From Cenococcum geophilum (lineage: Eukaryota), in assembly GCA_050273025.1 (NCBI GenBank), contig CP158635.1, positions 10,602,001 to 10,666,000 on the forward strand: 64,000 nt of DNA, written 5' to 3'. Below the pieces are notes generated by a model, which worked only from the letters and a program-made list of their open reading frames with translations, did no database searches and was not told the DNA's origin. Below are positions 24,082 to 36,961 of this stretch, piece after piece. A program made the translations under genes and the position numbers. How positions within the stretch are numbered: the first letter of the stretch is position 1; every line of letters begins with the position of its first letter.

Positions 24082-26022
24082 TTGTAAAGTTCCTATAACT
24101 GGAGATGTTGGTTCGTTGGGAACGGCGAGCGGTATTTAGTCCCTTGGCTAGTCGTGGATTGTCCTAGGGTTGTCTTAACTTGAATATTTACGGCAAAGAA
24201 GTTATTGATTAGATCGCAGCGGTCCGTGCGCTTATCCGAATCCGATAACTGAATCCAAAAACGCGCCATTTATAATGGAACTGTGATGGTCTAAGAGATT
24301 AGCGAAGTCCGTGAATCATAAGTAAGAACATGCTTTAGGCGCAGTAGCCTTATCTCCAAATAGTTTTTAATTGCATATATACATTTGGTTGGTAGTTTGC
24401 TAAGCATTATCTTGCTACTTAAGAATGGTTTGCGGGAGAATGTTCTTTTTCGCGTGCAATTATTGTGACTGCACGTACAAATCGCACAGCTAAAAGGCTC
24501 TGTAGACAGCGCTTGGTTGGCTCGTACAAAATGCTCAGAAAAAAGGCGTTATAGGCTGCTTAATTAAGGATACCAAGCTAGAGAGAAGAGAACAGAGGAC
24601 AAGTGAGAGGTCTCTGGATTTAAGTACAAAATCCCCTGGTCTAGCGCCGTACACTGAGACAGGAGTCATGTGAAGCATGTGACGGGTATACGTTTTCAGA
24701 TAATATAATAGAAATTACACTTAATGAAATTGTAAAAATTAAAGGTAACAATTTGAATAAAATATAGCCACACCACCCTGGCGCATCCGGTTGAAAGCAC
24801 CTTTTTAGTGCTGCCGATCGTTCGGAGAACGCCGCCTGTTTTACTAGTTAGAATAGGGCTAAACCCCAAAAAATTAGCGTGCTTAGAAAAACGCCCATAA
24901 CAAAATTAAATGAAGCTTTTCAAACCAAACTATTGTAAGGGATTTGCCTATATACTAATTTCTATGGAGGAGCAATTAAGCAATCGTTAAATTGGCAAAC
25001 GAGAGCCTAATTCCTTCCTTTAAGCTCTCTAAATCTACCACTTAGTTATAGCTCCCTCGGCTGTAATTATGTTGCATACACGCTGCGCCACAATCGTTAC
25101 TATCTACTTTATGTATCAACACCTGTCATGGGACTCACCGGCGCACGTTCGTCAGGCACCTACGCACGTACCTTCGCTACCCCTATTCGTTTCCTTTTCT
25201 GTTTCTGCATTCGGACTTCTTGACCAATTACGCGGTTAATGCACGGTAGCATGAGAAAATAGCTAGCAATTAAGCTTATTTTAGATTGCGTCGTCGACCC
25301 CTGTGATAACACCTTTCTACTTTACCTCTTTACCCTTATAGATAAAACCACTTAAAGAGGCGTATGAGTCTTTCTATGTAAAGGAACGCGCTGGGTGTCA
25401 TGAATATTGCTCAGTAATATAAAATTAAGAAGAGCCGTATCACCTTAAGAGCACCTGATGTGATTGCGACTCCTTTGACCTAGTTTTTTTCAGCTCTACG
25501 ATCGCGAGTTGAGGTTGTTCGGATATTTCCATTTGATATCGACGGTCGATCTACATACGGCTAATAGAAGGCTTGATCGACATGTGCTTTCAACTGGGTG
25601 TGCTAGGGTGGCTGAGAATCTTGGCAAGGGGCTGAGCGAAATTTTTAGAAGCTGATGCACAAACATGTTGACGTTATCGATAAAGCATGCCGGACGGGAT
25701 AGCTGCACAAGCTGGAAACAGGGAAGCAGCTCTCCTACATCCGAATTCACTCCTCTTGTACGGTCTCTTCTTGGCTCTCCAAGATTCGCTCTTTGCTGTC
25801 TTTGCTTTTGCTTAGATGCTAGATCCTCTAGCCACTTCGTTCTTTGCTATTGCTCGAATCCTTCCGATTCGTCTCTAGACACTAGAATTCTACATTCTCC
25901 TTTTTCCGTTAAATTACGACTATAGCCTTATTATTTGCACTCCTTTGCATTTGACTCCTCAGTTCGATCAAGTCTTTCCCTTTCGATGTTAATCACCCGC
26001 TGAACTCGTTGCTGTAACCAGC

Positions 26023-28113
26023 ATGAAACCGCTCCTTCGCCGATGGACTCTCCTATGTGCCCTAGCATTTTTCCTAGTATTCGGTTTTTATCGGCTTGCA
26101 GGCTGGGGCCCCGCCCTACGCCCAGCTAGAAAGTCCTCCCCTCCATCTGGACGAATTACCCACCCTGTGAAATGGAAGAAAGTTCCATTACGGTACCCTG
26201 TCTCGTCTATGATACCATTACCTTCTGGGACACCTGCTGCAATCCCCAAAATCCAACACGACTTCGGTATTGAGACACAGGGAAATAAAGAAGAGAGAGA
26301 GAGGCGGCTCGCAGCTGTCAAGCGGACATTCTTGCATTCCTGGGAAGGCTACAAGAAACATGCCTGGCTGCAGGATGAGGTGACGCCCGTGTCTGGTGGG
26401 TATAAGAATAGTTTTGGAGGACGAGCTGCGACATTGGTAGACACACTTGATACACTGTCGATAATGGGACTGGATAAGGAATTTGCATTGGCGCTTACGG
26501 CATTGAAAAGAATTGACTTCACTACTACAGAAGTGCCTACACTTAATGTTTTCGAAACAACAATCCGCTACTTGGGAGGTTTGCTCAGCACCTACGATCT
26601 CAGCGAAGGCAAGTACTCCATCCTTCTCAAGAAAGCTACGGAGCTGGGTGATATGCTGTACACTGCATTTGACACACCGAACCGACTGCCAATCACTCGC
26701 TGGAACTGGGAGAAGTACATTTTCCCCCCAGTACCGACTTCCATCTGGCTGATCATCTTTCTAGTGGGGCACTCAGCGGAGAACAGGAAGCCCCATCGCA
26801 AGCCCTAAGTGCCGAGCTAGGTTCTTTAAGTCTTGAGTTCACCCGCCTCTCACAAATAACTGGCGATCCGAAATACTTCGATGCAGTCCAGCGAATATCC
26901 GACCAATTCGAAAAATATCAAAACGATACCAGTATCCCAGGACTGTGGCCCGTCCGCATCAACCCGCAACGTGAGTCTTTCACAGTCGACCGCACTTTCA
27001 CATTCGGTGGCATGTCCGACTCCCTATACGAATACTTTCCCAAGCAACACATGCTGCTCGGCGGCCTGGTGTCACAATACCGCAAACTATACATCGGCGC
27101 TATCGAAGCCGCAAAAAAGTACCTCTTCTTCCGTCCCCTGAACCCCGAAAACCAGGACATTCTGCTTTCAGGCACAGTCAAGAAGGGCGTGGCCGACTTC
27201 CTGGACCTGCAACCAGAAGGCCAGCACCTAGCCTGCTTCACTGGCGGTATGGTGGGGATCGCGGCCAAGATCTTCGAGCGGCCGGATGACCTCGCGATCG
27301 CGCGCAAGCTGGTCAACGGCTGCATCTGGGCCTACGAGTCGATGCCGACGGGCATCATGCCGGAGAGTTTCAGTGTGGTGCCGTGCCCGGACCCGGACGA
27401 CTGCGCGTGGAGCTACGAGCGGTGGTACGACGGCGTCATGCATGAGCAGCAGCGGCGGTGGGTCGAGACGGCGGACGAGAAGGTCGCGCACGCCAGGAGG
27501 ATCATCGAGGAGGATAAGCTCGCGCCTGGGTTTACGGGGATCACGGATCGCAGGTTTTTGCTGCGGTATGCTGCAACCCCTTCCTACCTCCGCTCCCTCT
27601 TTACCCCTCCCTGAAACACCCTTAACCCTACCCCATTCCGTCCCATCCTGCTCCTTCATATCCTGCTCCTTCATTCCGCGCAGTTTTTCCCCCTCATTTC
27701 TTAGCTAACATTGGGATCGTTTTTCTAGTCCCGAAGCCATCGAGTCTATCTTCATCCTGTACCGCATCACGGGCGATACGACGCTGCAGGACAAGGCGTG
27801 GCGCATGTTCCAAGCCGTGACGCGGCACACCAACACCAGCATCGCTAACAGCGCCATCGCGGACGTGACGACGCCGGACCCGGAGCGCATCGACGAGTGC
27901 GAGAGCTTCTGGATGGCCGAGACGCTCAAGTACTTCTATCTCGTCTTCAGTGAGCCGCAGGTTGTCAGTCTAGATAAGTTTGTCTTGTGAGTATTTCGTC
28001 TGTTTTCATTCTTGAGGGGAGGGGAGGTGGTTGTGGGATGGGGGTGACTAGTCGAGATGGCTGGGCTGACTCGATATAGTAATACTGAGGCGCACCCGCT
28101 GCGCCGGCCGTAA
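26023..28113 (+). CDS. GH47 alpha-1,2-mannosidase, type II membrane-anchored, ~594 aa; exons 26023-26714, 26765-27565, 27729-27986, 28080-28113
   Basis: N-terminal TM segment. Motifs [84 protein letters not shown] and FNTEAHP. Three canonical introns give a continuous frame of 1785 nt. Confidence 0.93.
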
Positions 28114-29758
28114 AGGTGATGCCAAGGCATCTTGAGGGATGGGATTTAGACCTGGGACGCAAACATACATATACATAGAGGTATTTCTGGCGTGCGGAAA
28201 ACGGCGACGGCGTAGGAGATATATATATCTGTAATCCGATAGATAGGCATGATTGTCTCAGAGGGCGTTTAGATCTAGATGGAACTGTATTGTACAGGCA
28301 AAACTCCTTAATACCATACCGGGTATATAACAATGCATTTTATATTAGGATCTACACGCCCTGATCAAGCCTTTTTTGGTGTAACTAACCATAATCTGAC
28401 TTTTGACGATATCGTTAAGCTCTACGACCAATATCGGTATAGCTAGTTGTATGGGAAGGAGGTATACCTGGCCCATAAGGAGGGAAATCTATACCCTTTG
28501 GGCTTTGAGATCCACTTTTTATTGAAGCTTTGCTGATTATTCACCTTACATGTGACTCTTGATATAACAATACCATTGGTATTACTATACATTTGGCGTC
28601 AAAACCCATATCGTACTAAGGAGTTTTGCCTGTAGTCTGAGCTCTGGGTAGTAAAAAGCGTTATATTCCATGCTGCCATTGAGCCGCCCGCTTGATCAGT
28701 GTTTCCTGCTTCCACCTAGCGATCGCTGCAGCCGCTTCAGTCGAGCGGAGGGTCGATGCTTTTGGCCGGTAGAGAAACCCCTTCGGCAGAAAAAACCGGC
28801 CTGGACTCGATCAACCGCTCTGTCGAGCGTGCAAGTACTACACCCATAACCAACAGCGCAACCCGTCGTATCCCATCGTATCTCATCCCATCCCACCATC
28901 CCCACCAAAAGACAACCCTCCCCTACCGCACCGAAGCAAGAAGCTGATAATTAAACCCCCGCCCGTGTCGCATCTTGCATGAAATAGCGCCTCGCCTAAA
29001 TCTCGTATCGCACAATCCACCCCTGAGATCGGCGGCAGGGAAAACCTGCAGCTCGCGGCGCCGATCGGGTTCGGCAGCGCGCCATGAACCCGCGCCGCCG
29101 GGGCAAAGCTATGGCCGTTTCAACGCGGAGGGTAGCGTGGGTTGGGCCGGCTGTGAGAGTGAGGGTCAGATGTGGGTGGGTGCGGCGAGAAAGGATGACA
29201 ACTGTTCGTGCCGCGCCGGGCCCAGGACAGAGCGAGACTACATTATGTTTCTTTCCTTATCCCTTCAGCTGGTGAAATTCGTCCTACGGTTATCGATAAG
29301 ATCCAGCCGATAGAATAGGATCAAGGCTCCGTGATTCGAATCTACGTGGTTGTAGAAGCTGTCGATTTTAACATACAATTACTATATACACTCAATCTTT
29401 GGAGCTGAGTCGCTCAATATGAGGAGGCTAACGGTGGAATAAAGTCTATTTTGATTCTGTTTGGTGTTCTGCGCACGGTCCAACTTTTAGGACATCACCA
29501 GGGGAAGGGACATCCTTCAGCCCATCCCGCAATACCTGATATGCGTGATCAAGTCTTCCTAGAGTGCCCAAGTCGTAGTTTTCAGTTCCAATTCCCTGTC
29601 CCAATATCCCGTGCAAGCCGGCCCCAAAACCTAAATATTCCACCAACGCCGAGATCGAAACCAAAACCTCCAATCCCAAGCCCAATCCCATAAAACACCA
29701 GCCATGCCTTGAGCCCGCAAAAACTCTCCTCCTCTACCCCAAACTCAGCGGGTCGCCG

Positions 29759-31293
29759 TCACGGAACCCAGGCATGCGGCAGCGCACTGCGACCCTCGCC
29801 GTCCCACCGCCCATCCCCATCCCCGTCCCCATCCCCATCCCCATCCCCGCTCGCATCCGCATCCAGCACCACCGTAGTCTTAACCACATCCGCCTTCTTC
29901 TCGCCAAAGCCGCCACCGCTGCCGCCATGGAGCCCTGCAAGGATATTCTCCTCGCTCTGGCTCAACTGGCTCCTACCAGACCCACGAACCCCACCAGCAC
30001 CGCTCCACACCCGCTCCGGCACCGCCAAGCGCGCAAACCCGCGCACAGAACTCCGATTCGGCGCGCGGCCACCGCCTCCTCCTTCACCACCACCACCACC
30101 ACCACCATCACCACTGCGACTCCGGCCTCCCTCCGCCAACTCAAGACTCCGCGTATCGTCGGTGCGCGTATCGTCGGTGCAGCACGAGCTCGACAGCCGC
30201 TGCCCCCAGCGGAGCAGCGGGTTGAGGTGTGGGATGGAGGCGCAGAGGATGACGAGGAAGATCTCGATTGTGGACCACACCTGGAAGACGATGATGTTCC
30301 CTGTTTGTGGGAGGTTAGCTGAGGGGGGAGGGGAAGGGGAGGGGGGAGGGCCGCACAGGTTATGTCGTTGCGGGCGCCGAGTTCTTTGATTAGGTAGCAT
30401 TTTATTAGTGAGGCGACGAGGGCGCTGGGGAGGGCGTGTTAGTTGGGTTCTCCGGGGGCTAGAGGAGGAAGAGGAAGGAGGCTTACAAGACGCTTAAGCT
30501 GAGCACGGCGACGAGGGCGAGTTTGCGGGCCCGCTGGAGGGAGAGGTCCCAGAGAATCATGGCGGGCAGGACCGTGAGGTAGAGATCCGTGAGCGAATTC
30601 ATGCCTACGGACACGTGAGCAAAAGATCGAGCTGCAAAACAGTGCTGTGGAGGGTTTCTTCTCCTGCTATCGGGGAAACCCTACCGCTCTGGAAGAAGCC
30701 GAAGTCCCGTTGGACGTTGGGACTCCAGCATTTCTCATCATTACTGTGATCCCACAACGAGTTCAGGTGCGTGCCGCATTGCACGTAGATGAGGATGATA
30801 GTTAAGGGCCCAATGACAGCCTGGCTCCAGATGAAGAACCACAGCAACAATCGGCGCAAGTGGCACGTGGAGACGAATTTCAGCAGGAAGCAGCAGAAGG
30901 ATATCCGTCCGAACATGGTGCTGGCGATGCCCCAGCCCTGGAGGTAGAAAAGGAATTTCACGGATTGAATCCTCTCGTTATCATTGAGGTAGTAGAAGTG
31001 CCTCCCCATGCCCCAGTGATAGGCTTCGGTGAATATGACACCCTGGACAATAGCACAAGCCTGGCCGTGCATCAGTTATTTTGGTCCTAGTTCACGTCTA
31101 GGGAAGGGAAACGACTAACAAATGCCATGGCCATAAGATAGTCGGCTAAATGGATGCGGCGAAGGATGCAGATTCCTGCTACTAGCCTCAAGCCTAAGAC
31201 GATGAACGAGACCCCTGCAAAACCCCAGTGGATCTTGACCAGACTGTCACCTCTATTGACATCGGGCCCATCAGGCTTCGGAATGTCTGCCAT
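29759..31293 (-). CDS. PTH11-like fungal rhodopsin-domain 7-TM integral membrane protein without CFEM, ~425 aa; exons 31293-31120, 31060-30685, 30604-30487, 30424-30357, 30300-29759
   Basis: Motifs LRL...ADYLM, GMGRH, RISFCCFLL, QC..L..LWD...CW, TDLYLTVLP..ILW.L and W.TIE..LVILCASIP.L.PL. Four GT-AG introns keep the frame (1278 nt). Confidence 0.88.
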
Positions 31294-33307
31294 ACCGGCG
31301 TCTTTTCAGCACCTGTCAAGAACGCGTGGCCTTGTCCGGTAAGGCAGGATACAACAAAACAGCTGCAGGGACGCATTAAAGTTTTAAACGTGGTTTGTTA
31401 GAACGCGAAAAGGATGGCATTGCTAGGTGCGTTGGGTGGCAGTGAGGTGGAAGTTGAATTGGGGTTGGAAATTGGATGATAGAGATTGGAGGTTGGGGGT
31501 TGGTCAATACTTCAATGAAGTCGACGTCTTGCTGCTCAAACAGAACGAGTCAGATGGGAAAAGTTTGTTGCAAGAGGCAAAACGCGGTGCGAAGATGGAC
31601 GGGAATGAGGCGTGGATGGCTGGCCATTGGAGGAAAGCCCCCCAAGACGCGGCACCCGGAAGTTACCGATCTACATGGCATGATAACTATTTGTACGGAA
31701 GTAAAAATTTTGTTTTTAATAATACCTCCAGAGGCTGGTGTAGCCCCGATCGGGGGCGCTCTCCTGAATCACCCCCTGCGTGATTGTTGTTGCATGTGGA
31801 CGCATGCTTTGAAGGCAGATCGAGCATACCCCATCGTCGTTGACATGCCGATCACACATGGCAAGCAGGGACCCAAACTCCCCACCAACCAGCATATTTG
31901 GAATGGAAGCCGAGCGTGAGAGTGCGAGCCGTTCTTTGGCAGTAGCTGGCTTGGGATGACAGGCGGTCTCTCACGAACTAAGGGGGTAGCCGGGGGCTAA
32001 TGGTTCGGTGGCTTCAGTAGCTTCGGTGGCTTCGGGACCCGCAGTCCCCCGACCCACCGAAAAACCTGGGGTGCTGGAGAGTGCAGGCCGAAGAGTGAGA
32101 TGTTCCCAACCGACCGGGTCGACCATAATCTTCGGAATCAGGGTTCAAGCCACCTACACCACTTATACCGGGGCGCCCGGCTTGATCATTACCCTGCGTC
32201 ATCTCCTGCTTACACGCCAAGCACGGTCGAGGGCGAACAGAATATTCCACAATAAACCTAAATGTTGACGGCCATGCAGGATGTGCGTGCCTGGCGTGCT
32301 CGCGCCTCTCTTACTGATATTACCGTGAACTCCTAAATACGAATAGAATAAAAAAATTAAAAAAAAGAAACGATCTAACGGAGCACGAAGACAAAGGAGT
32401 ACAAACAATACAAACAACTAGAGTTTCATCGCACTCCGCTAATGCACCGTGTTTCTATACATCTTCGTCACCAACACTTGAATACGGCATCTTACCTAAA
32501 CCTTGACAGATGACTTCAGACACTTCAGGCACTTCAGGAAAACTTGTCACTCCCAATATCCACAATCCTGAAACTCTTCAGATGCTCACCCGGAACTTGC
32601 ATGGCTTCTGAAGGACTGGACGGATACCTTGTAGATCCATGTACTTTACATGTAATCTGCCAACGACGCCGTGGATGCGCGAGACTTCCACCCTCGAAAA
32701 CCTGGGTATCATGCTATGCATAAGCCTTTGGGGGCGATATCCCGGACGAAAATCTTTCTATTTTATCGTGTTCGTGCTCATTCGGTTATACAGCCTATTG
32801 GTGCATCTCTGGGTTGGCGTGCAGGAGGCTTTCCGTACGGCAAATACCATTTTATAGAATTTATACTTTTTCTCAATTGCCACTCTTCAATTACATTCTA
32901 TCCCATTCAAGCTGTATAGCAAATGGCACTAACCATGCAATGCGCGAAGGAGCTGTTCACACATGCACATCTGGTCCCTCAGAAACAGAAGCCAGTGAAA
33001 TTATGAAGCACTATGCACACCGCTTCACACTACCAATAATCCTATATTCCCACATGCCACCCCAAGCCGCTCATCCATCTGTTATACAATCAAGCAGGAA
33101 AGACCCAGCACACCCGCACACATTCCCATCCCAGCAATCCGTCAGAAAAAATGTATCACAACGCCATCGCTATCCCATCACGCAGCAAAGAGCACCATTC
33201 CTCCCTTCAACTCCCCCCTTCCAATCCCCTCCCCTCAACCCCTCCCCTTTCAACCCCATCGCACACCCATCCAGCCATCGATTCATCCATCCAACAACCC
33301 AACAACC

Positions 33308-34654
33308 CTATCCCTCTCTATAAAATCTCAGCGTCAGCGCCGAAAAACAACCCCAACCACCCAGGAAGAGGAGAAGACAAAAAGAGCCCAAACTCACCGA
33401 TTAACAGCCGTAAACCCCCCACTAAACCCCCCGGCCACCCCACCCGCAACCGGCGCTGCCGGCGCCTCCGCCATCTCCGTATCCTGCTCCGCGCCGTTCT
33501 CGCACCCCTCGCGGCTCTCGCCCGAGTACGCCCGCCGCCGCCCGCTACCACCCACACTCCCGCCGCCACTGCCGCTGCCACTGCCGCTGCCACTGCCCGC
33601 GAACTCGGCCTCATTTTCGAACGCGCCGTCGAAGTACCCGGCGCCATGGCCGTGGCTGTAGTGCTGCTGCGGGCGCTGAGGGTGCAGGTGCGGGAGATGT
33701 GAGGCGGAGGGGGCGGGGTGCAGGGGCGGGAGGGGCGTCGGGGTCGACGTCGTGCCGTTGACGGCGTGGGGGGAAGTCGTGCTGACGGGGGCGGTAGTCG
33801 TAGCGGTAGTGGTGCCGAAGAAGAGGGGGCCGGCGGAGCGGCTGGGGTCCGGGGTGGAGTGGGTGGAGGAGAGTGGGTGCATGGGGTGCAGGATCGATTG
33901 CTGCGTCTGTTGTTGCGTTGAGGGCGGGGAGGGGTGCTGTGCTGCTAGGCTGCCGCTTGTGTGGCCGCCTTGCGTTGGGGTCGTTTTGCGGTGGGAGCGC
34001 TTGCTGCGGAGGGGTTTGTCTTGGGGCTGGGTGGGATTGATAATGTTAGCGCTCTTGGGCCGTTTGCGTTGCTAAGAGTTTGATTTGATCTGAAAAATGT
34101 TGGTGTAACTAGAGGATTGGAATTGGAAATGCTGAAAGCTTGAATTTTCCCGTCTGCAGTGAGCAGCTGGTTTCATACCAAGGAGCAAGCCGTAGTACTG
34201 GCAAATATGTTGAAGATTTAAAACCGCGTGATACCATTCGTGACGGAGCACCCAGAGATAATGGGGATTGTGGGGTTTCAATCTCTTATACCTTGGAGTC
34301 CCCCACCATGAAATCTTTGACCATCGATACAGAGATTCGCCGAGACGGCGCAGAAAGGAGATTACGAGACTGTATATTTACCGTTGGAGGAGGACTGCTG
34401 CTTCTGTCCGACTCGTCCACGTTATAATCCATTCGATGCGCTAATTGCTCGAGAAGGAATGCGCGCTCAAGGCGCATCTTGGTGACAGCACGATTAAGGC
34501 GCTTTATCCGCAGCCGGGTTCCGTCATTGTTCTCCTCAATGTCGTTGATCCGCCGTCGAAGTTCGATGCATTTTCGGTAGTATGCCATCTCGACCGATGG
34601 AGGAAGATCCTTGTGCGAAGACGCGGTTCGACCTTGAAGCAAGCTGTTAGCCAT
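33308..34654 (-). CDS. INO80-complex-associated coiled-coil protein (INO80F / Nhp10 N-terminal-like) with low-complexity C-terminus, ~303 aa; exons 34654-34382, 34026-33398, 33317-33308 (stop at 33394 if the last intron is retained)
   Basis: LPPSVE.AY.RKCIELRRRI..IE..ND..R....R..R...KMRLERAFLLEQL...SSPPPT|PQDKPLRSKRSHR resembles the N-terminus of Pezizomycotina Nhp10-like INO80 subunits. The 355-nt intron has GTAAAT..GCTAAC..CAG. No HMG box is seen. Confidence 0.7.
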
Positions 34655-36189
34655 TTTTCAACAACTTAAAAATGTGAAGGAGCGAATCCTAGGTGGCCAA
34701 ACGGCAGGGCTTCCTCCGGTCCAATCGGTAGACTTGATGGTGAACTAGGCGCAAGCTGTGTTACAGAATTGAAGGCTTCTGGAGATTGCTCAACCCGAAC
34801 TTCAGGGACGTCATTTTCGGGTATTACGTCGCTCGATCTCTTGAGCAAGTTAGGACTGAGTCTCTAAACAATCCTGTCGCCAGAAGTGTCGCGCTTCGTT
34901 ATTATCTGATAGAAAGCGGGGTCTTGTCACAATATTCTTCTGATATCTAACTTCCATCCAGGACGAACAGTATTTTGTAGCGTTGATTATTTCGATGGCT
35001 AAGAATATACCCTCAATATACATTAGGTCTCGTACGGAGCTAGAAACGACGTTACGGACGGTTGTGGTGGTCTCGAAGGGAGTAGTCGAACTGCATAGCT
35101 TGCCGAGAAGTCGTCGCTACTTTATACGTCGCTTGTCTACTTTGCTCAATTACCGTCCAGGACGCTGAAAGGAAAAGATATTCCTCGAAAACTTACGCCC
35201 ACAACGACTACAGAGTGTACTTAGCCCGAGAGCACCTGGCCTCCATTGACTGGTATATTCTCTTCCACATCTCCTGTCCGCATGCGGTTGCGGCTCAAAA
35301 GTATGCAGTGTCCTCGGGCAGCCTCGGCCTTCTCACATCAAGCGTACTATGGTCCTAGCCAGGAGCGCCGTCATATCGAACAAGTGTCCTACCTCGGCCA
35401 GTTCGGGGTCCCGCAAAAGTCTTTTCAAATTCCCTGGGTATAAAGTAGAGGTCGTATTTGGCTCCTCCCGAGGTCCCGTCCACGGTATAATAATATTCTC
35501 AGATAGCTCCCCCCAAGGTAAACCCATTGGTGAAAGCGATCTCATTTCTCAGACAAGGTCCGGGCGCAGTACAAACGGGAGGCACAGCGTAATAACGATA
35601 GATGAGAGGAAACTAGGGGATACAAACCTGACTGCGGCATCGTGGAAGTGGCGTCGGATGTTTTGCGCCTGCTTGGAGGTTCTGCAATATCGGGCACGAG
35701 TGTGGAAAGGAAGAAGGAGTCGCATGCAACGAAGTTTATAGGTGAAATAGGGTTCAAGACGCGCCCTTGAGGTTGGAACAAGGGAAGGTATCGGAGGTCC
35801 GTGTTAGGCTTGGCATACAGTGCCAAGATATTAGTCTGTGCACACACGAATTCTTACTAAAATCGACACAACTTTGAACAATCGCATAGCGTCGTAGCAA
35901 TTAAATGCAGCTAAATCATGAGATTATTTAATTATAGTTAATACTTTATCTGCCAGCCACGTGCTTTTTTTACTGCTTCTAGTCTTTGGTCTATACTATC
36001 GATCAACTATCGTATAAGGCCTCTTTAGTATACTGTATTAAGGTCCAGCTAAGAGTTATAATTGGTCTAAATTCGATCGAGTTATCTAATAAGGGACGTG
36101 CTTCTTTACGTGCTACCCTATTAAATTCGCGACCCCCTTAACCCTATCCTTAACCTCGACCTTAACCTCAACCTCAAATCCTACCCCTT

Positions 36190-36961
36190 ACTACTTAAAT
36201 ACTACTCCCTACATACCGCCTAAATGCCTTCCAATCGTCCATTTTGTACTGCCTATAAGCAGTATTACTCTTCCGCTAACTTTGCAACAAACCGTCGTAG
36301 AGCTCCATATAAGACCTATAATTCTTATAGGATTAATTCTTTATTTCCTCCATTTTAACTTACTACCTTTCTAGCTCTATATATATAGGAGAAAAGAAAT
36401 AGGCGGTCCTAACGACCTTTAGCGGACCTTCCGCAGCCTATAAACTAAACTACTTCCGCTACTACTGCCGCTACTACTGCTGCTACTACTGCCGCTACTG
36501 CTGCCGCTACTACTACCGCTACTACTTCCGCCACCGCTTCTCCCCTTATACCGCCCGTATCGATCCAGTCGCGACTACCTATATTAATCTAGCCGTTGCC
36601 TACTATAGTCCGCCCTATTACGGAGCAGCTATATTGTAGTCCTATTACTATAGTTCGCTATATTACGGAGCAGCTAGATCTTAGTTTTATAGATATTACC
36701 TATAACTTCTACGCGGCCCTATATTAGATTAATAAACGTATTAATATATTATAGCCCAGTAGTTTATAGTTTAAAGCCTACTATAAGTATGGTAATATAA
36801 ACCTCCCTTTATTCTAGCCTCCGCTAGACTATCTACGCGACCTTTTAAAGTTCTATAGTGCTTCTACTAGGTAGTTTAGGGAGTGGCTCCGCCCATATAA
36901 TGTAGTATTAGCTTTTACGTCTATAAACTGTACCGTTACTAACTATCCCTTGCATTAATAG
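36190..36961 (+). mobile_element. RIP-degraded Helitron RepHel N-terminal fragment, interrupted by the Copia at 36962
   Basis: One frame over 36671-36930 de-RIPs to QLDLG.MD..C.FCAALHWIDER...FEACCKHGDVNLP..QPPPDYLRDLL...RQFREWLRPYNAALAFTS, the typical Helitron N-terminal Zn-finger/YN..LAFTS region. The left boundary is approximate. Confidence 0.7.

Noticed and set aside
20260..25500. Starship or other giant element carrying the gasdermin-protease pair
   Set aside because: No tyrosine-recombinase captain, paired termini or TSD bracketing the pair could be found.
28696..29693. Short ORFs between the GH47 and PTH11-like genes (likewise 31427-33323 and 25496-25925)
   Set aside because: Overlapping on both strands, often with non-ATG starts and no domain signal; consistent with intergenic/UTR sequence.
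35246..35847. Cluster of short overlapping ORFs upstream of the INO80F-like gene
   Set aside because: No recognisable motif and I could not build a consistent spliced model; a small gene or ncRNA cannot be excluded without RNA data.
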